A DNA stretch of 64,000 bases from contig JBDHZH010000008.1 in the NCBI GenBank assembly GCA_039811745.1, forward strand, positions 1,042 to 65,041, written 5' to 3'. Position numbers and translations under genes: made by a program. How positions within the stretch are numbered: position 1 is the stretch's first letter; each line of letters opens with the position of its first letter. The notes beneath the pieces are model-generated. The model saw only the letters and a program-made list of their open reading frames with translations. It did not search any database and was not told the origin of the DNA. The DNA is from Arachnia sp. (GTDB lineage: Bacteria > Actinomycetota > Actinomycetes > Propionibacteriales > Propionibacteriaceae). Below are positions 38,397 through 47,893 of the stretch, in pieces.

Positions 38397-41300
38397 ATGC
38401 CGACGAGCCGCTGGAACGGAACCGATCAGCCGACGACGCAGGACTCCGCGGACGGCGCGCCGCCGCCCGGCAGGGGTGGCCGGATCACCTTCCCGGGCAA
38501 CGACGGCCGGCCCCACACCGTCGGTTTCGACGAGCACTCGTTCCTGGTGGACGGGCAGCGCCTCCAGATCTGGTCAGGAGAGCTTCACCACTGGCGCGTC
38601 CCTTCGGCGGAGGGCTGGCGTGACGTGTTCCAGAAGCTGCGCGCCTCGGGCTTCAACGCCGTGTCCCTCTACTTCTTCTGGGGCCTGCACCAGTACGTCG
38701 AAGGAGGGCCCTTCAACTTCGAGGGCATTCGGGACATCGACCGGCTCCTGGCGCTCGCGGCCGAGGAGGGCCTGTACGTGATAGCCCGGCCGGGCCCCTA
38801 CGTGAACGCCGAGATCTCAATGGGCGGCCTGCCCGGCTTCATGGTGAACAAGTCGGCGCGCTCGCTGCGGTCACTCGACCCAAGGGCTCTCGAACCGTCG
38901 AAGGCATGGCTGCACACCTTCAACGAGATCGCCTGCAGGCACCAGGTCACCGACGGCGGCGGCTCGATCCTGCTGTACCAGGTGGAGAACGAACTGATCG
39001 CCGATGACGAAGCCCGGCGTGGGTTCCTGAGGACGCTCGCGGAGTTCGTCCGCTCCGACGGGATCGACGTGCCCTTGTTCCACAACGACTACGGACTGGC
39101 CGGCCGCTTCAGCGATGTCGCCGACCTGGGCCTCGATTTCTACGCCTACGACCGCTACCCGCTGGGCTTCAACTGCGCTGCGGGCAGGGGGCTCATCACC
39201 GACACCGAGTCCGACTTCCGCCGGTTCGCGCCAAGGACCCCGCAGTTCATCACGGAGGCCCAGGGGGGAGCTTTCACTCCGTGGGGCGCCGCGTTCAACA
39301 CGGAGGCGTGCGAGGGGTTCGTCGACCCGGCGTTCACCCGCCAGTGGGGCATGATCAACCTCGGTAACGGCGTCACGGCGTTCAACTACTACATGATCAC
39401 CGGCGGCACGAACTGGGGCTACACGGGCTCCCCGTCGTCGGGTTTCACCTCCTACGACTACGGCGCGGCACTGAGCGAGGACCGCGTCATCACGCCCAAG
39501 CTGGCGGTGCAGAAGGAACTCGGCTACTTCCAGCTCGGGCTGCCGCAGCTGTCGTCGATGCGTCCGGTCGAGGCACCTTCCCCTGCCGAGGTGAGCGGCG
39601 CACCGCTGCGGGTCTACGCCCGCCAGGCCACCGACGACGATTCGGCGACGGGGAATGGTGCCCGGTTCCTCGGTGTGTGCCTCGCGGATTCGAACGACGT
39701 CACCGACACCACCCTCACGATCCCCCTGGTACTGGACCGGGGCGCCGACGCCGGCCTGCGCGCCTACACCCACGACGACCGGTCCCTCGATCTGGTCTGG
39801 GTCGGCGACTGGGAACGTGTGGACGACCCCAGCGCCCATGGAGGCACCCTGACCCGCAGCGCTGCCGCCGGTGCAAGCGTCGCGCTTGCATTCGAGGGCA
39901 CCGGCCTGGAGGTCATTGCGCCGCGCGGCACGGCCTACGGCTCCGCGACAATCACCATCGACGGCGGTGGGCCAGTCGGATTCGACGCCTGGATCGCCTC
40001 CGACCAGAACGCCCCCGCCCAGCAGGTGGTCCACTCGACGACCGGCCTGGCACCGGGCCTCCACACCGCGACGATCGAGGTCGTCGGGCAGCCGGCCCCG
40101 GACAACCCGGGCGGGGGGATCGCCGTCGCAATCGACGCCCTGAACGTGCTCGGCGACGATGCGGCGTCTGCTTCCGCCAAGAGGGCAGCTGAGGCGACAC
40201 CAGCAGGCGGCGCCCCGGCTTGGCCCAGGATCCCGCAGGAACCGACGACGAGTCTGCGCGTCCACGGCCGCGACGCGCTGCTGCTGGCAGCCGACTTCCG
40301 CATCGGGGACCACGGCGTGCTCTACACCACATCGCAGTTGTTCGGGGCGCCGGTGCGAACAGCTGCCGGCCTGATCCAGACGCTTGTCGGGTACCCCGGC
40401 GACCCGGGCGAGACCGTCCTCGTTGTCGGTCCGGGTCTCGGGTTGGAGACTCCGGAAGGGGTCACCGCGACCCACGACGTCACCGCCCGGCAGTTGCGCC
40501 TCAACTACACCCACGGTGCACCCATCGACGTGACCGTGACGGACGGCGGCGAGGCGCTCACGCTCAGATTCATGGACCGGGGCGCCGCGGCCCGCACCTG
40601 GCACGTCCGGGGCACGCGCGGCGACGGCAACGACACCGTCATCGTGCGTGGCGCCTACCTTGTGCGCGCCGTCGCCTTCGAGGGCACCACAGCCCACATC
40701 GCCGGGTCCATGGATGCCGGCGGGGCGCTGCACGTCACGCTCCCGGCCGGAATCACCAATTGGACCTGGAACGGTCAGCTCCTCGACGGCGACGCCCCTG
40801 GTCCGAGGCGGGTCGATGAGCCGCGGCTGGAGTGGGTGAGGGCGGAGGAGGCGCCGGAGGCGGCCGCCGACTTCGACGACAGCTCATGGCTGCTCGCCGA
40901 CGCCCCCGACCCGCTGAACCCGTGGCAGGGTCCCGGCGGCAGCGGGGTGGTTCTGGACTCCAACCGGTACGGGTTCTTCGAGGGAACGGTCTGGTACCGC
41001 GCCACGTACACCGCGGCGGGCGACGACCCGACGCTGACCCTCCGCGGCAACGGCGGCTCCGGAGTCCCCGCCCATGGCCGGAACCCGGCGTTCATGCAGG
41101 TCTGGGTGGACGGTGCCTACGCCGGCGCGCACCCCGCCGCCGGGGACACGGTCACCGTGGCCACGCCGGAGGGCCTGGTGCGTGCCGGGGAGCCCGTCAC
41201 CGTCGCCGTCGCGGTACACAACCTCGGCCACAACCTCGACTGGAGCGACGACGGGCTCTCCCGCCAGAACCGCGGCCTGTTCGAGGCGCACCTGGGCTCC

Positions 41301-41798
41301 GTGGGCCCCGTCACCTGGCGGATCCGGGGCGCCGACCACCGCTTCGCGGACGCCACCGACCCGGTCCGCGGCCTCTACAACCACGGCGGACTGCACGGGG
41401 AGCTCGCCGGATGGCACCTCCCCGACCACCCGACGACCGGTTGGCTGCCCGCCACCGATTTCGTCGCACCCGCTCCGGGTATCGCCTGGTACCGAACCAC
41501 GGCCACGCTGAGTGTCCCCGAAGGGCAGGACACGGCGTGGCGGCTGGAAGTGGAGTCGACGAGGTTCGAGGCCGGTCGCACCGACGGCTGCCAGGTGAAC
41601 CTGTACGTCAACGGCTGGCTCAGCGGCATCTACATCGGCGACATCGGACCGCAGAAGTCGTTCACGGTCCCTGCCGGGTTCATCGACCCTCGCGGCAGCA
41701 ACGACATCGCCGTGGCCGTGATCGCCAAGGACGCGGGCATGGGCCCGCAACGCATCCGCCTCGTGCCGCACTTCAGCACCACAGGAGTTGCTTCCTGA
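38397..41798 (+). CDS. Glycoside hydrolase family 35 beta-galactosidase, long multi-domain form, no signal peptide seen
   Basis: GH35 N-terminal TIM barrel (GELHHWRVP..WRDVFQKLRASGFNAVSLYFFW, acid/base in YQVENEL, nucleophile region FITEAQGGAF) plus about 750 aa of beta-sandwich domains. These end in NLYVNGWLSGIYIGDIGPQKSFTVPAGF, which I recognise from the last domain of ~1000-aa fungal GH35 enzymes. Confidence 0.85.
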   Translation: MPTSRWNGTDQPTTQDSADGAPPPGRGGRITFPGNDGRPHTVGFDEHSFLVDGQRLQIWSGELHHWRVPSAEGWRDVFQKLRASGFNAVSLYFFWGLHQYVEGGPFNFEGIRDIDRLLALAAEEGLYVIARPGPYVNAEISMGGLPGFMVNKSARSLRSLDPRALEPSKAWLHTFNEIACRHQVTDGGGSILLYQVENELIADDEARRGFLRTLAEFVRSDGIDVPLFHNDYGLAGRFSDVADLGLDFYAYDRYPLGFNCAAGRGLITDTESDFRRFAPRTPQFITEAQGGAFTPWGAAFNTEACEGFVDPAFTRQWGMINLGNGVTAFNYYMITGGTNWGYTGSPSSGFTSYDYGAALSEDRVITPKLAVQKELGYFQLGLPQLSSMRPVEAPSPAEVSGAPLRVYARQATDDDSATGNGARFLGVCLADSNDVTDTTLTIPLVLDRGADAGLRAYTHDDRSLDLVWVGDWERVDDPSAHGGTLTRSAAAGASVALAFEGTGLEVIAPRGTAYGSATITIDGGGPVGFDAWIASDQNAPAQQVVHSTTGLAPGLHTATIEVVGQPAPDNPGGGIAVAIDALNVLGDDAASASAKRAAEATPAGGAPAWPRIPQEPTTSLRVHGRDALLLAADFRIGDHGVLYTTSQLFGAPVRTAAGLIQTLVGYPGDPGETVLVVGPGLGLETPEGVTATHDVTARQLRLNYTHGAPIDVTVTDGGEALTLRFMDRGAAARTWHVRGTRGDGNDTVIVRGAYLVRAVAFEGTTAHIAGSMDAGGALHVTLPAGITNWTWNGQLLDGDAPGPRRVDEPRLEWVRAEEAPEAAADFDDSSWLLADAPDPLNPWQGPGGSGVVLDSNRYGFFEGTVWYRATYTAAGDDPTLTLRGNGGSGVPAHGRNPAFMQVWVDGAYAGAHPAAGDTVTVATPEGLVRAGEPVTVAVAVHNLGHNLDWSDDGLSRQNRGLFEAHLGSVGPVTWRIRGADHRFADATDPVRGLYNHGGLHGELAGWHLPDHPTTGWLPATDFVAPAPGIAWYRTTATLSVPEGQDTAWRLEVESTRFEAGRTDGCQVNLYVNGWLSGIYIGDIGPQKSFTVPAGFIDPRGSNDIAVAVIAKDAGMGPQRIRLVPHFSTTGVAS

Positions 41799-41975
41799 CG
41801 TCGCCCACGCCCCTGCATCCGGAACGGGCTCGGGCCCCGACGCCCGAAGCGGCCCTGATAGCGGTGGAGAACGGCTTGGGCGGTCGGAGGCGTGGTCAAC
41901 CCGTGGCAACAAACGGGTGACCTGTCCCCGGACTGCCTAGAATTGCCGGGACCAAGACCCCAACGGAAGGCAGCC

Positions 41976-43412
41976 ATGACCAAGCCCAGCCTCGCGAACG
42001 TCGGCGTGATCGGGATGGCGGTGATGGGCTCGAACCTGGCCCGCAACCTCGCGCGCAACGGTTACGCCGTCGCCCTCTACAACCGCACCACCAGCAGAAC
42101 CGACGCAGTCGTCGCCGAGCACGGGCACGAGGGCGACTTCCGCCCATCCGCCGAGCTGTCCGACTTCGTCGCCTCGCTGGAACGGCCGCGCCGCGTCATC
42201 ATCATGGTGCAGGCCGGCAAGGGGACGGACGCCACCATCGACGCACTGATCCCCCTGCTCGAGGCCGGCGACATCGTCGTGGACGGCGGGAACGCCAAGT
42301 TCCAGGACACCAGGCGCCGCGAGGAGAAGCTGCGGGGGCACGGGCTCCACTTCGTCGGCGCCGGCATCTCCGGCGGCGAGGTCGGCGCACTCGAGGGCCC
42401 CTCGATCATGCCGGGCGGGTCACCGGAGTCTTACGAGGCCCTCGGCCCGATCCTGGAGAGGATCTCCGCCCACGTCGACGGCGAGCCCTGCTGCACCTAC
42501 ATCGGCACCGACGGCGCCGGCCACTTCGTCAAGATGGTCCACAACGGCATCGAGTACGCCGACATGCAGTTCATCGGTGAGGCCTACGAGCTGCTGAAGG
42601 CGCTCGGGCTCTCCCACGAGGAGATGGCCGACGTGTTCGGCACCTGGAACACCGGCGACCTCGACTCCTACCTGATCGAGATCACCTCGGAGGTGCTCCG
42701 CAAGGTCGACGCCCGCACCGGCATGCCGCTGGTAGAGATCATCGTGGATGCTGCGGGCATGAAGGGCACCGGCACCTGGACCGTGCAGTCCGCCCTTGAC
42801 CTCGGCACGCCGGTCAACACCATCGCCGAATCGGTCTTCGCCCGTGCCGTCTCCTCGCACCCCGAGTTGCGCGCGGCCTCCCAGCAGGCCCTGAGCGGCC
42901 CCGACGGCACCTTCCGGGTGGCTGACCGGGACGCCTTCGTCGAGCAGATCCGCCAGGCGTTGTGGGCCAGCAAGGTCGTCGCCTACGCCCAGGGCCTGGA
43001 CGAGATCCGCCAGGCCGGCGTCGAGTACGGCTGGTACATCGATGTCGCCGAGGTCGCGAAGATCTGGCGCGCCGGCTGCATCATCCGCGCCAAGCTGCTG
43101 GAGCGCATCCGCTCCGAGTACGCAGCAGGCAACCTGGTGACACTGCTGGAGGCCCCGTCCGTGGCGGCCGAGCTCGCGAACTGCCAGGACGGCTGGCGCG
43201 AGGTGGTCGCCACCGCCATCAGGGCCGGCGTGCCCGTGCCCGGCTTCAGCGCGGCTCTGTCGCACTACGACCAGGTGCGCGCCCCCCGCCTGAACGCCGC
43301 CCTCACCCAGGGCCTGCGGGACTACTTCGGGGCCCACACCTACAAGCGCGTCGACGTCCAGGGCAACTTCCACACCAACTGGTCAACCGACGGCTCCGAA
43401 GTGGAGGCGTGA
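41976..43412 (+). CDS. gnd: 6-phosphogluconate dehydrogenase (decarboxylating)
   Basis: VGVIGMAVMGSNLARNLA, GHFVKMVHNGIEY, 478 aa from ATG 41976 (GGAAGG SD). Confidence 0.95.
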   Translation: MTKPSLANVGVIGMAVMGSNLARNLARNGYAVALYNRTTSRTDAVVAEHGHEGDFRPSAELSDFVASLERPRRVIIMVQAGKGTDATIDALIPLLEAGDIVVDGGNAKFQDTRRREEKLRGHGLHFVGAGISGGEVGALEGPSIMPGGSPESYEALGPILERISAHVDGEPCCTYIGTDGAGHFVKMVHNGIEYADMQFIGEAYELLKALGLSHEEMADVFGTWNTGDLDSYLIEITSEVLRKVDARTGMPLVEIIVDAAGMKGTGTWTVQSALDLGTPVNTIAESVFARAVSSHPELRAASQQALSGPDGTFRVADRDAFVEQIRQALWASKVVAYAQGLDEIRQAGVEYGWYIDVAEVAKIWRAGCIIRAKLLERIRSEYAAGNLVTLLEAPSVAAELANCQDGWREVVATAIRAGVPVPGFSAALSHYDQVRAPRLNAALTQGLRDYFGAHTYKRVDVQGNFHTNWSTDGSEVEA

Positions 43413-43432
43413 GACAAGTCCTGCCTGCAGGA

Positions 43433-43466
43433 CCGTCCCCTTCCGCCTACTGCGCGAAGGGGACGG
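43433..43466. terminator. Stem-loop between convergent gnd and the LacI-type regulator
   Basis: Perfect 11-bp stem CCGTCCCCTTC / GAAGGGGACGG with a 12-nt loop, 21 nt after the gnd stop. Confidence 0.5.
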
Positions 43467-43552
43467 CCGTGCCGGCGGGAACCCGCCCGACGGTCCAACT
43501 CCCCGCCATCTGCCGGACGATGCCGAGACCGACCCGCTGAGATACCGCGCCG

Positions 43553-44557
43553 TCAACGGACGCTGGAGCGGATGACCAGTTCGGGTCGGATGTGGACGAC
43601 GGACGGCGGGGCGCCGTCCATGACCCGGACCAGGGACTCCAGCGCCACCCGGCCCAGTTCGGCGAACGGCTGGAAGACGGTGGTCAGGGGAGGCACCATG
43701 AACGCGGCACCGGTGATGTCGTCGAAACCGGTGACGCTCACGTCCGCGGGCACCGCTATGCCGGACTCCCGCAGGGCCGCGAGCAGGCCGAGTGCCATGG
43801 CGTCGTTGCCGCAGAAGATGCCGTCGGGCAGGTCACCCGAGGCAATCATGTCCCTGCCGATTGCGTAGCCGCTCTCCGGGCTCCAGTCCCCGACCAGCAC
43901 GGCGGAATCCTTCAGGCCGGCCCCTTGGAGCGCCACGCGCCAGCCACGCACGCGCAGCTGAGCATCGAACCAGTCCGACGGGCCGGAAATGTGCATGATC
44001 CGACGACAGCCGCGCTCCACCATGTGGCCGACCACGAGCCTTGCGCCCAGTTCCTGGTCCACCGCAACGCAGGTGAACTCCGGGCGTGAGCCGGGCGCCG
44101 ATACCAGCACGGTCGGGATTCCCTCCGCGAACCGGGTCGCCAATGCGGAGGCTCGTTCGTGCGGGGCGACCGTCACTATCCCCTCAACGCCGCGGTCCCT
44201 GAACGTCTGGAACACGGCGCGCATCTCGTCTGCCTCGTACTCGCCCAGGGCACCGACGAGTGTGGAGTACCCGGCCGCCCGGGCCGCCAGTTCGATGGCC
44301 ACGACGGTGCTGGACGGGCCGAAGAAGTCGGTGCCCGTCCAGACGACACCAAGCAACGACGTGTGGGCCGTCACAAGGGCGCGAGCCGCCAGGTTGCGGC
44401 TGTAGCCGAGCTCCCGCATGGACGCCAGGACGCGCTCGCGGGTCTCGGGACGGACGGCGTCCGGGTCGTTGAGGACCCGGGACACCGTCTGGTGCGACAC
44501 CCCGGCATGCCTGGCCACCGCCATCATGCCGGGGGGACGGCTCCGCCGATCGGTCAC
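43553..44557 (-). CDS. LacI-family transcriptional regulator, candidate arabinose repressor
   Basis: HTH MAVARHAGVSHQTVSRVLN, full periplasmic-binding-fold effector domain, about 334 aa from GTG 44557. It is the last gene of the araD-araA unit. Confidence 0.85.
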   Translation of the reverse strand: MTDRRSRPPGMMAVARHAGVSHQTVSRVLNDPDAVRPETRERVLASMRELGYSRNLAARALVTAHTSLLGVVWTGTDFFGPSSTVVAIELAARAAGYSTLVGALGEYEADEMRAVFQTFRDRGVEGIVTVAPHERASALATRFAEGIPTVLVSAPGSRPEFTCVAVDQELGARLVVGHMVERGCRRIMHISGPSDWFDAQLRVRGWRVALQGAGLKDSAVLVGDWSPESGYAIGRDMIASGDLPDGIFCGNDAMALGLLAALRESGIAVPADVSVTGFDDITGAAFMVPPLTTVFQPFAELGRVALESLVRVMDGAPPSVVHIRPELVIRSSVR

Positions 44558-44624
44558 AGCGCCCCGGCCCTCCCTGGCGCGGGCCGAGCCGACCCCTGCG
44601 GGGGGTGCAGCAGGCCCGAAGGCA

Positions 44625-46133
44625 TCAGGCCCCCTGGATGATCCGGTGGTAGGCCTGCTCCAGACGCCGTTCGCGAGCGAAGCCACGCGTCGTGGTTTCG
44701 GAGTCGATCACGGCGAGCTCCATGCCGGCCATGTCCGCCAGGTCCTCCCACATCTCGCGGGTGGTGGCCGTGGTCATCGCGGTGTGGTGCGCGGCACCCG
44801 CGATCAACCAGCACTCGGCCGACGTCGCGAAGTCGGGCTCGGGGATCCACACGGCACGCGCCACAGGCAGGTTCGGCAGGGGCTCATCCGGGTTGACGTT
44901 CTCGACGACGTTCATGGTCAGCCGGAACCGCTCGCGCATGTCGCTCATCGCGATCACCAGCGCCGGGCCCGGGTCGGCGTCGAATACGAGACGGACCGGA
45001 TCCTCGCGGCCACCGATGCCGAGCGGATGGATCTCCAGCTTCGGCCTGGATGTCGTCAGGCTCGGGCAGACCTCCAGCATGTGAGCGCCGAGGATCTTCT
45101 CGGCCCCCGGAACCATGTTGTAGCAGTAGTCCTCCATGAGGGAGGCGCCGCCGGGCAGTCCGTAGCCCATGACCTTCGCCGCACGCACCAGGATGGCCGT
45201 CTTCCAGTCGCCCTCGGCGCCGAAGCCGTAACCGTCGGCCATCAGACGCTGCACCGCGAGACCGGGCAGCTGCCTGAGCCCGCCGAGGCCCTCGAAGCTG
45301 GTGGTGAAGGCACCGAAGTCACCCTCCTCGAGGAACTTGCGCATGCCGATCTCCTGGCGGGCGCCATAGCGCAACGACTCGTGCCGCTCCCCGCCCCTGC
45401 GAAGTTCGGGTGCGACGTCGTAGAGCTCCTCGTAGGTCGCCACAAGCGCATCGATGTCCGCATCGGAGACGGCGTCGACCACTGCGACGAGGTCGTTGAC
45501 GCCCCAGGTGTTCACGGCGACGCCGAGCTTGATCTCGGCCTCGGTCTTGTCGCCCTCCGTGACGGCCACGTTGCGCATGTTGTCCCCGAAGCGGGCGAGC
45601 CTGAGGTTGTGCAGGGCGTCCCAGCCTGCGGCGGAGCGCGCCCAGATGCCGACCTTGGCCTGCACGTCGGCGTTGCTGGCGTGCCCGACGACGGTGCGGC
45701 GCGGCTTGCCGAGGCGGGAGACGATGTAGGCGAACTCACGGTCGCCGTGGGCGGCCTGGTTCAGGTTCATGTAGTCCATGTCGATGGTTGCCCACGGCAG
45801 CTGCATCGCCGCCTGCGTGTGCAGGTGCAGCATGGGCTTGTCCAGCGCCGACAGGCCGAGGATCCACATCTTCGCCGGCGAGAACGTGTGCATCCAGGTG
45901 ATGACGCCGATGACCGACGGGTCGGCGTTGGCGGCGAGCATCTCGGCCCGGATCGCGTCGCGGTCCTTCAGCGTCGGTCGCCACACGATCTCCACGGGGA
46001 TGTCGGCAGCGCCGTCGAGATGGGCCACGACCTCCTTGGACTGGGCGGCGACCTGCTCCAGGGTTTCGGGCCCGTACAGGTCCTGCGACCCTGTCAGGAA
46101 CCAGATCTTCTTGCCCTCGAATGGGTTCCTCAT
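44625..46133 (-). CDS. araA: L-arabinose isomerase
   Basis: In-frame part of ORF 44625..46922(-). [25 protein letters not shown]..., 502 aa. The ATG overlaps the araD stop (ATGA). Confidence 0.95.
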   Translation of the reverse strand: MRNPFEGKKIWFLTGSQDLYGPETLEQVAAQSKEVVAHLDGAADIPVEIVWRPTLKDRDAIRAEMLAANADPSVIGVITWMHTFSPAKMWILGLSALDKPMLHLHTQAAMQLPWATIDMDYMNLNQAAHGDREFAYIVSRLGKPRRTVVGHASNADVQAKVGIWARSAAGWDALHNLRLARFGDNMRNVAVTEGDKTEAEIKLGVAVNTWGVNDLVAVVDAVSDADIDALVATYEELYDVAPELRRGGERHESLRYGARQEIGMRKFLEEGDFGAFTTSFEGLGGLRQLPGLAVQRLMADGYGFGAEGDWKTAILVRAAKVMGYGLPGGASLMEDYCYNMVPGAEKILGAHMLEVCPSLTTSRPKLEIHPLGIGGREDPVRLVFDADPGPALVIAMSDMRERFRLTMNVVENVNPDEPLPNLPVARAVWIPEPDFATSAECWLIAGAAHHTAMTTATTREMWEDLADMAGMELAVIDSETTTRGFARERRLEQAYHRIIQGA

Positions 46134-46864
46134 CGGTTGTTCTCCTCTTCCTCGTCGGCCTGGTGCTGGCCGTAGACGTTCTGATACCGGCTGTACAGGC
46201 TTGCAATGTCGGCCTCGTCGATGCGGATGGGCTGGCCGAGCTGCCGTGAGATGTGGACGGTCCGGGCGACCTCTTCCACCATCACCGCCGCCTTGACGGC
46301 GGCCCGGGCGTCCTTGCCGATGGTGAACGGGCCGTGGTTGGCCATGAGGACGGCCGGGCTGTTCGACTCGCGCAGTGTCTCGACGATGCCGCGGCCGATG
46401 GAGTCGTCGCCGATCAGCGCAAACGGACCGATCGGGATGTCGCCGCCGAACTCGTCGGCCATCATGGTGAGCACGCACGGGATGGGCTCGCGCCTGGCGG
46501 CCCACGCCGTCGCATAGGTGGAGTGGGTGTGGACCACGCCGCCGACCTCGGGCATGTGGCGGTACACGTAGGCATGCGCGGCGGTGTCGGACGAAGGGGA
46601 CAGCTCGTCCGGGGTGCCGTCGACGATCTTGTCCCCGTCCAGGGTGCACACCACCATGGTGTCGGCCGTCAGGTCGTCGTAGGAGACTCCGGACGGCTTG
46701 ATGACGAACAGTTCGGTGCCGGGCACGCGTTCGGACACATTGCCTGCGGTCCAGACGACCAGTTCGTTGCGCGGGAGTTCGGCGTGAAGCCGGGCGACGC
46801 GCTCGCGTGTGGCCCCGACGGCGTCCTGCACTTCTGCCGGGAGTTCGGTAAGGATCGTGGTCAC
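46130..46864 (-). CDS. araD: L-ribulose-5-phosphate 4-epimerase
   Basis: [19 protein letters not shown], class II aldolase/adducin His cluster (HAYVYRH...VVHTHS), 244 aa. Confidence 0.93.
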   Translation of the reverse strand: MTTILTELPAEVQDAVGATRERVARLHAELPRNELVVWTAGNVSERVPGTELFVIKPSGVSYDDLTADTMVVCTLDGDKIVDGTPDELSPSSDTAAHAYVYRHMPEVGGVVHTHSTYATAWAARREPIPCVLTMMADEFGGDIPIGPFALIGDDSIGRGIVETLRESNSPAVLMANHGPFTIGKDARAAVKAAVMVEEVARTVHISRQLGQPIRIDEADIASLYSRYQNVYGQHQADEEEENNR

Positions 46865-46923
46865 TGGCCCTCCTGTGGATCAGCGTCTCGGAGTCGGGAA
46901 GCCGGCTCACGTCGACGACCAAC

Positions 46924-46937
46924 TGTGAACGTTCACA
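46924..46937. promoter_or_regulatory. Perfect 14-bp palindrome, LacI-type operator candidate upstream of araD
   Basis: TGTGAACGTTCACA, 60-73 nt upstream of the araD ATG. It has the TGnnAnCGnTnnCA architecture of LacI/GalR-family operators and overlaps a minus-strand TAATGT -10-like hexamer (46940-46935). Confidence 0.6.
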
Positions 46938-47017
46938 TTACCATATCCAAGGCCCGCAGGACCCCCTCACATGATTGCCGCGAAGAACCGTCATGCGGGG
47001 CTGCCACGCCGGGCTGC

Positions 47018-47893
47018 CTACGGGGTTGACCGTGGCCCTTCGTCTGCGTCGACCAGCAACGGCGCGACGGCCACACGGACCGAGTCCGGCAGGGAGATCG
47101 GGCTGAGGTCCGCGTCCGCACACACCAGCACCGTGCGGGCTCTCGTGCACACCTGCCCCGTAGTCGGGTCGACGATCTCGCAGGCCAGCGTCATCGAGGT
47201 CGATCCGATCCTCACGGGCGCGGTCAGCGCCAGATAGGGCTCGGCGCGGCGCGACATCTGGGCGACGTAGTCCACATCCTGCCTGGCCACCAGCCAGTTG
47301 TACCTGGAACCCTCCGACCCCGCTCGGGCCATCGCCGGGTCCCACGCCGTGGTGGCCTGGATGCGTGCCTGCTGGACGTAGTCATAGGCGACGGTGTTGT
47401 TGACGTGCCCGTACTCGTCATTGTCCGACCAGCGCACATGAACCGGGGTCGCGGTGCCCCTCCCCTCCAGCGCCGGTGCCTCCAGAGTGCGCAGCGGAAC
47501 AAGATCGGCGAGGTGCCCACGCAGGAAGTCACGCACGTCCTCGGGCAGCAGCGCGGGCCTGCCCGTCTCGAAGTCGAAGGGGCAGAGCACAGTCCGCGCC
47601 CGGACGACGAGGTCACCAGCCTGGAACATGTCATAGGCGACCTCGAAACGAGCACCCCGCACGGACGCCAGCGACAACTCGATGGGCAGCGGCTCCTCGG
47701 AGTAGGCGATCGAGCCCACATACTCCACCTTGTGCCCCACCACCACCACGCCGTCGGCCAGCAGCCTCGAGGTCGGTCCGGCGCGGAAGAACGCGACGCG
47801 CGCCTCCTGCAGGAAGTCCACGACCGCCGCGTTGTTCACATGCCCCTGCGCGTCCATGTCGCTCCAGCGCAGGGGGCACGCGTAGGTGAACAA
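47018..47893 (-). CDS. Acyl-CoA thioesterase with two tandem hotdog (4HBT/YbgC-like) domains
   Basis: Two repeats of the pattern ..RWSDxDxxGHVNNxxxxDY/F..: PLRWSDMDAQGHVNNAAVVDF and HVRWSDNDEYGHVNNTVAYDY. The TTG start directly follows the fadD stop. Confidence 0.8.
   Translation of the reverse strand: MFTYACPLRWSDMDAQGHVNNAAVVDFLQEARVAFFRAGPTSRLLADGVVVVGHKVEYVGSIAYSEEPLPIELSLASVRGARFEVAYDMFQAGDLVVRARTVLCPFDFETGRPALLPEDVRDFLRGHLADLVPLRTLEAPALEGRGTATPVHVRWSDNDEYGHVNNTVAYDYVQQARIQATTAWDPAMARAGSEGSRYNWLVARQDVDYVAQMSRRAEPYLALTAPVRIGSTSMTLACEIVDPTTGQVCTRARTVLVCADADLSPISLPDSVRVAVAPLLVDADEGPRSTP

Noticed and set aside
38871-40733. 620-aa minus-strand ORF inside the GH35 gene. Similar cases: 44418..46175(+), 47405..49984(+), 51347..53497(-), 53426..55495(+), 12565..13770(+), 13873..14925(+), 18500..20164(+), 20458..21894(+)
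   Set aside because: All are antisense to genes with strong family motifs, have Arg/Gly/Pro-biased composition, and lack SD or start context. Treated as non-coding shadows.
44625-46922. 765-aa ORF suggesting an AraD-AraA fusion or a long N-terminal extension of AraA
   Set aside because: AraA similarity begins at MRNPFEGKK (ATG 46133). The upstream 260 aa are Arg/Pro-rich and out of frame with the well-supported araD (46130..46864).
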